In this document: positions 63,901-64,000 of the stretch, piece by piece
Numbering within the stretch: position 1 is the stretch's first letter
Layout of the letters: every line of letters starts with the position of its first letter
From: Octopus vulgaris
Lineage: Eukaryota
Assembly (NCBI GenBank): GCA_951406725.2
Contig: OX597816.1
Location: 75,392,001 to 75,456,000 of the forward strand
Length of the DNA stretch: 64,000 nt
Direction: 5' to 3'
Position numbers and translations under genes: made by a program
Notes under the pieces: generated by a model
Databases searched by the model: none
The model's input: only the letters and a program-made list of their open reading frames with translations
Told to the model about the DNA's origin: nothing

Positions 63901-64000
63901 TGTTTACAAGTAGAAAATCAACAAACAATAAATAACTTACTTCATTCTTTTCCTTAATAGTTACTTTCCTTTCTGTTCTTTCAACTACAGAAGAACCAAA
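28668..64000 (-). CDS. RFC1: Replication factor C subunit 1 (clamp loader large subunit), 20 coding exons, 5'-truncated by window end
   Basis: Spliced 2781 nt are open: HDDDDFLATLAQLD, YLNREGPQHLGSKEIP, BRCT (GAENCLEGLTFVITGVLDSIERDEAK), LLWVDKYKP, Walker A (LLSGPPGIGKTT), EMNASDTR, Walker B (IMDEVDGMAGNEDRGG), PIICICND, DIRQ, FPSWLGK, KAAFTRSYNKE, basic C-terminus. All junctions are GT-AG and in phase. Confidence 0.98.
30620..30817 (-). CDS. RFC1: RFC1 exon (TKAAFTRSYNKESHLTPY...DTMIK)
   Basis: tactag|ACC ... AAG|gtaatc; 198 nt. Confidence 0.96.
31027..31232 (+). mobile_element. Mariner-derived MITE (internal deletion); lone matching TIR at about 63758-63790
   Basis: TIRs gggtgttcaaaagttcctggcttt / aaagccaggaacttttcagcaccc; retains transposase C-terminus (RNKHVNLRKEYIQ*). 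Confidence 0.8.
32520..32733 (-). CDS. RFC1: RFC1 exon (ISADLRGLNLDYL...KSLTTA)
   Basis: attcag|T ... GCT|gtaagt; 214 nt. Confidence 0.95.
32846..33060 (+). mobile_element. SINE with 15-bp TSD; relatives at about 17960-18120, 19790-19995, 35745-35890, 53230-53395 (-), 56845-57230 (-), 58320-58520 (-)
   Basis: TSD atattatcaaggcat at 32831-32845 and 33061-33075; gagttcaaattcc B box; conserved ctttgcctttcatcc..aagtaccag core. Confidence 0.88.
33627..33783 (-). mobile_element. RTE 3'-terminal fragment
   Basis: (CAT)n cgtttaacgtccgctttccatgctagcatgggttggac... Confidence 0.85.
33974..34119 (-). CDS. RFC1: RFC1 exon (AVYASVLPGEYMRG...FPSWLGK...HMKL)
   Basis: ttgtag|GCT ... AA|gtgagt; 146 nt. Confidence 0.96.
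35231..35348 (-). CDS. RFC1: RFC1 exon (GNTAKHLSLLAHAANSICDGD...LLPVE)
   Basis: ttatag|A ... GAG|gtaagt; 118 nt. Confidence 0.96.
37149..37368. mobile_element. piggyBac-type MITE of about 200 bp; copies at 30265-30451, 57853-58068, 60614-60812
   Basis: TIRs ccctttagcatt / aatgctaaaggg followed by TTAA; four mutually similar copies. Confidence 0.8.
37832..38150 (+). mobile_element. Young tRNA-derived SINE with poly(A) tail and 12-bp TSD
   Basis: A box TGGCCCAGTGG, B-box-like GGTTTCAATTCC, A-tail, TSD ctactctaattg at 37820-37831 and 38151-38162. Confidence 0.9.
38256..38404 (-). CDS. RFC1: RFC1 exon (NPFDVCRQVF...LFVQENY...AGR)
   Basis: ttctag|AAT ... AG|gtaaga; 149 nt. Confidence 0.96.
38528..39202 (+). 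repeat. Local direct duplication of about 110 bp (38528-38638 and 39092-39202)
   Basis: Near-identical tcttcaaaaggaaatcaacattg..aatgtagacctacc..ataggc.acttgacc at a 564-bp offset. Confidence 0.9.
39212..39445 (+). mobile_element. RTE 3'-terminal fragment, tail-to-tail with an older related copy at about 39460-39960 (-)
   Basis: Shared 3'-end consensus. Confidence 0.82.
39987..40085 (-). CDS. RFC1: RFC1 exon (VIHNLFMW...AKKDIKL)
   Basis: gaacag|GTC ... CTT|gtaagt; 99 nt. Confidence 0.95.
40206..40301 (-). CDS. RFC1: RFC1 exon (AAMMTIAYKEG...NHDIRQ)
   Basis: taatag|GCT ... CAG|gtaagt; 96 nt. Confidence 0.96.
40607..41100 (+). mobile_element. RTE 3' UTR copy inserted in a (TA)n tract
   Basis: Tandem units of about 62 nt plus consensus 3' end, flanked by (TA)n on both sides. 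Confidence 0.88.
41256..42375. mobile_element. hAT-type MITE split by the RTE insertion
   Basis: TIRs caggggttctcaacc ... gagttcagaaccactg; subterminal (t)ggaccc-like repeats. Confidence 0.65.
41285..42068 (+). mobile_element. RTE 3' end with 5' inverted duplication
   Basis: WYGHVARMDEDSCVKKC..GRGRPRKTWDEVVKHDL; 41285-41357 is the inverse of 41375-41449. Confidence 0.9.
42903..43228 (-). mobile_element. Diverged RTE 3' end; further RTE ORF fragment at about 42680-42880 (-)
   Basis: Consensus tail plus MCGVKLFDKRRTEDL..GYGHVL. Confidence 0.75.
43275..43412 (-). CDS. RFC1: RFC1 exon (ELIQLVKTTKIPIICICNDR...AQIK)
   Basis: ccccag|GAA ... AAG|gtaaga; 138 nt. Confidence 0.96.
45181..45275 (-). 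CDS. RFC1: RFC1 exon, Walker B
   Basis: taacag|GA ... GCG|gtaact; 95 nt; MDEVDGMAGNEDRGG. Confidence 0.96.
45486..45885 (-). mobile_element. RTE 3' UTR copy inserted in (TA)n
   Basis: Consensus tail and repeat units between TA tracts. Confidence 0.85.
46561..46753. repeat. Fold-back element, about 92-bp arms; related single arm at about 1596-1686
   Basis: ttaaagcttataagc..caccatgta..ctaaagaaaatagtc..aatattg..gtatataagccc mirrored by its reverse complement; the same string occurs once at 1596. Confidence 0.9.
46954..48289 (-). mobile_element. RTE-clade LINE, 5'-truncated, inserted in the mariner 5' UTR
   Basis: FVCGRC..GEKLEVVDSFHYLG, RIRIAWAKFRELLPLL, MLHGSETW, LRWYGHV, GRPRKTWDEVV, then tandem-repeat 3' UTR and (GAT)n tail. 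Confidence 0.92.
48296..49320 (+). pseudogene. Mariner transposase pseudogene
   Basis: MELSKYDIRAILLFNFKKG HTH, WLPHDL, VTCDEKW, HDNA, YSPDLSPTNYHIF; one frameshift near 48915 and an in-frame TAA at 49279. Confidence 0.92.
49482..49593 (-). CDS. RFC1: RFC1 exon (EAGFSLVEMNASDTRNK...DYC)
   Basis: ttgtag|GAA ... TGTG|gtaaat; 112 nt. Confidence 0.95.
50476..50579 (-). CDS. RFC1: RFC1 exon, Walker A
   Basis: gtttag|AT ... AAG|gtaaaa; 104 nt; GPPGIGKTT. Confidence 0.96.
52313..52520 (+). mobile_element. RTE 3'-terminal fragment
   Basis: Consensus 3' end with (GAT)n. Confidence 0.85.
52855..53161 (-). CDS. RFC1: RFC1 exon (ENLEAKK...LLWVDKYKP...IKPQP)
   Basis: atttag|GAA ... CCAA|gtaatg; 307 nt. 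Confidence 0.95.
53959..54252 (-). CDS. RFC1: RFC1 exon, BRCT domain
   Basis: gtacag|GGA ... AAA|gttagt; 294 nt. Confidence 0.96.
54806..55395 (+). mobile_element. CR1-like LINE 3' end
   Basis: Homologous to 61540-61988; LVDTYKII; shared 3' UTR ..cacctgagcactgtatacaataa-like end. Confidence 0.75.
55930..56010 (-). CDS. RFC1: RFC1 exon (PADRKTSYLSYLNREGPQHLGSKEIPT)
   Basis: ttgtag|CCT ... ACG|gtaagc; 81 nt. Confidence 0.94.
57608..57658 (-). CDS. RFC1: RFC1 exon (TPSQKPKVNIPETPTPN)
   Basis: tttcag|ACT ... AAT|gtaaga; 51 nt. Confidence 0.82.
59499..59584 (-). CDS. RFC1: RFC1 exon (NSLTSKLAAK...SPKTPTK)
   Basis: ttacag|GC ... AAA|gtaata; 86 nt. Confidence 0.85.
60847..61090 (-). CDS. RFC1: RFC1 exon, TP-repeat-rich (AKGKTPEKK...SSSPG)
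   Basis: tattag|GCT ... CCTG|gtaagt; 244 nt, open and in phase with neighbours. Confidence 0.88.
61540..61988 (+). mobile_element. CR1-like LINE 3' end with (ATT)n tail
   Basis: GHVYKVRKQHSAHDFRKHFFMLRVAEVWNKLPASVV. Confidence 0.82.
62427..62519 (-). CDS. RFC1: RFC1 exon (VDESFEDEFHDDDDFLATLAQLD...NKK)
   Basis: tacaag|GTG ... AAG|gtagac; 93 nt. Confidence 0.9.
63559..63751 (-). mobile_element. RTE 3'-terminal fragment
   Basis: Consensus 3' end with (CAT)n. Confidence 0.85.
63941..64000 (-). CDS. RFC1: RFC1 exon, partial (FGSSVVERTERKVTIKEKNE)
   Basis: Ends GAA|gtaagt; resembles the FG-SVQR segment of RFC1; cut by window edge. Confidence 0.8.

Overview
AT-rich, microsatellite- and repeat-dense animal genomic DNA. 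The repeat families and composition point to a coleoid cephalopod, most likely Octopus (inference). Two spliced genes converge tail-to-tail about 5 kb apart. On the + strand are the last six coding exons of an aspartyl/asparaginyl beta-hydroxylase (ASPH; 14038-23620, about 280 aa of TPR plus catalytic domain). On the - strand are 20 coding exons of replication factor C subunit 1 (RFC1; 64000 to 28668, about 926 aa, 5' end outside the window). All internal exon boundaries are GT-AG and phase-consistent by manual translation. Introns hold RTE-type LINE 3' ends with (GAT)n tails, several tRNA-derived SINE families, CR1-like and R4/Dong-like LINE remnants, two decayed mariner transposases, mariner/hAT/piggyBac-type MITEs and two Penelope-like (PLE) remnants. 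The most interesting signal is a set of minimal type-I hammerhead-ribozyme-like motifs: one with a G3-C8 swapped core inside a 92-bp-arm fold-back element (25759-25809), one with a U3-A8 core downstream of a PLE remnant (12419-12460), and one with a canonical core (14514-14558). Together with several long palindromes, these suggest ribozyme-bearing, fold-back non-autonomous PLE derivatives. Everything was read by eye; no folding or database search was run, and repeat boundaries are approximate.
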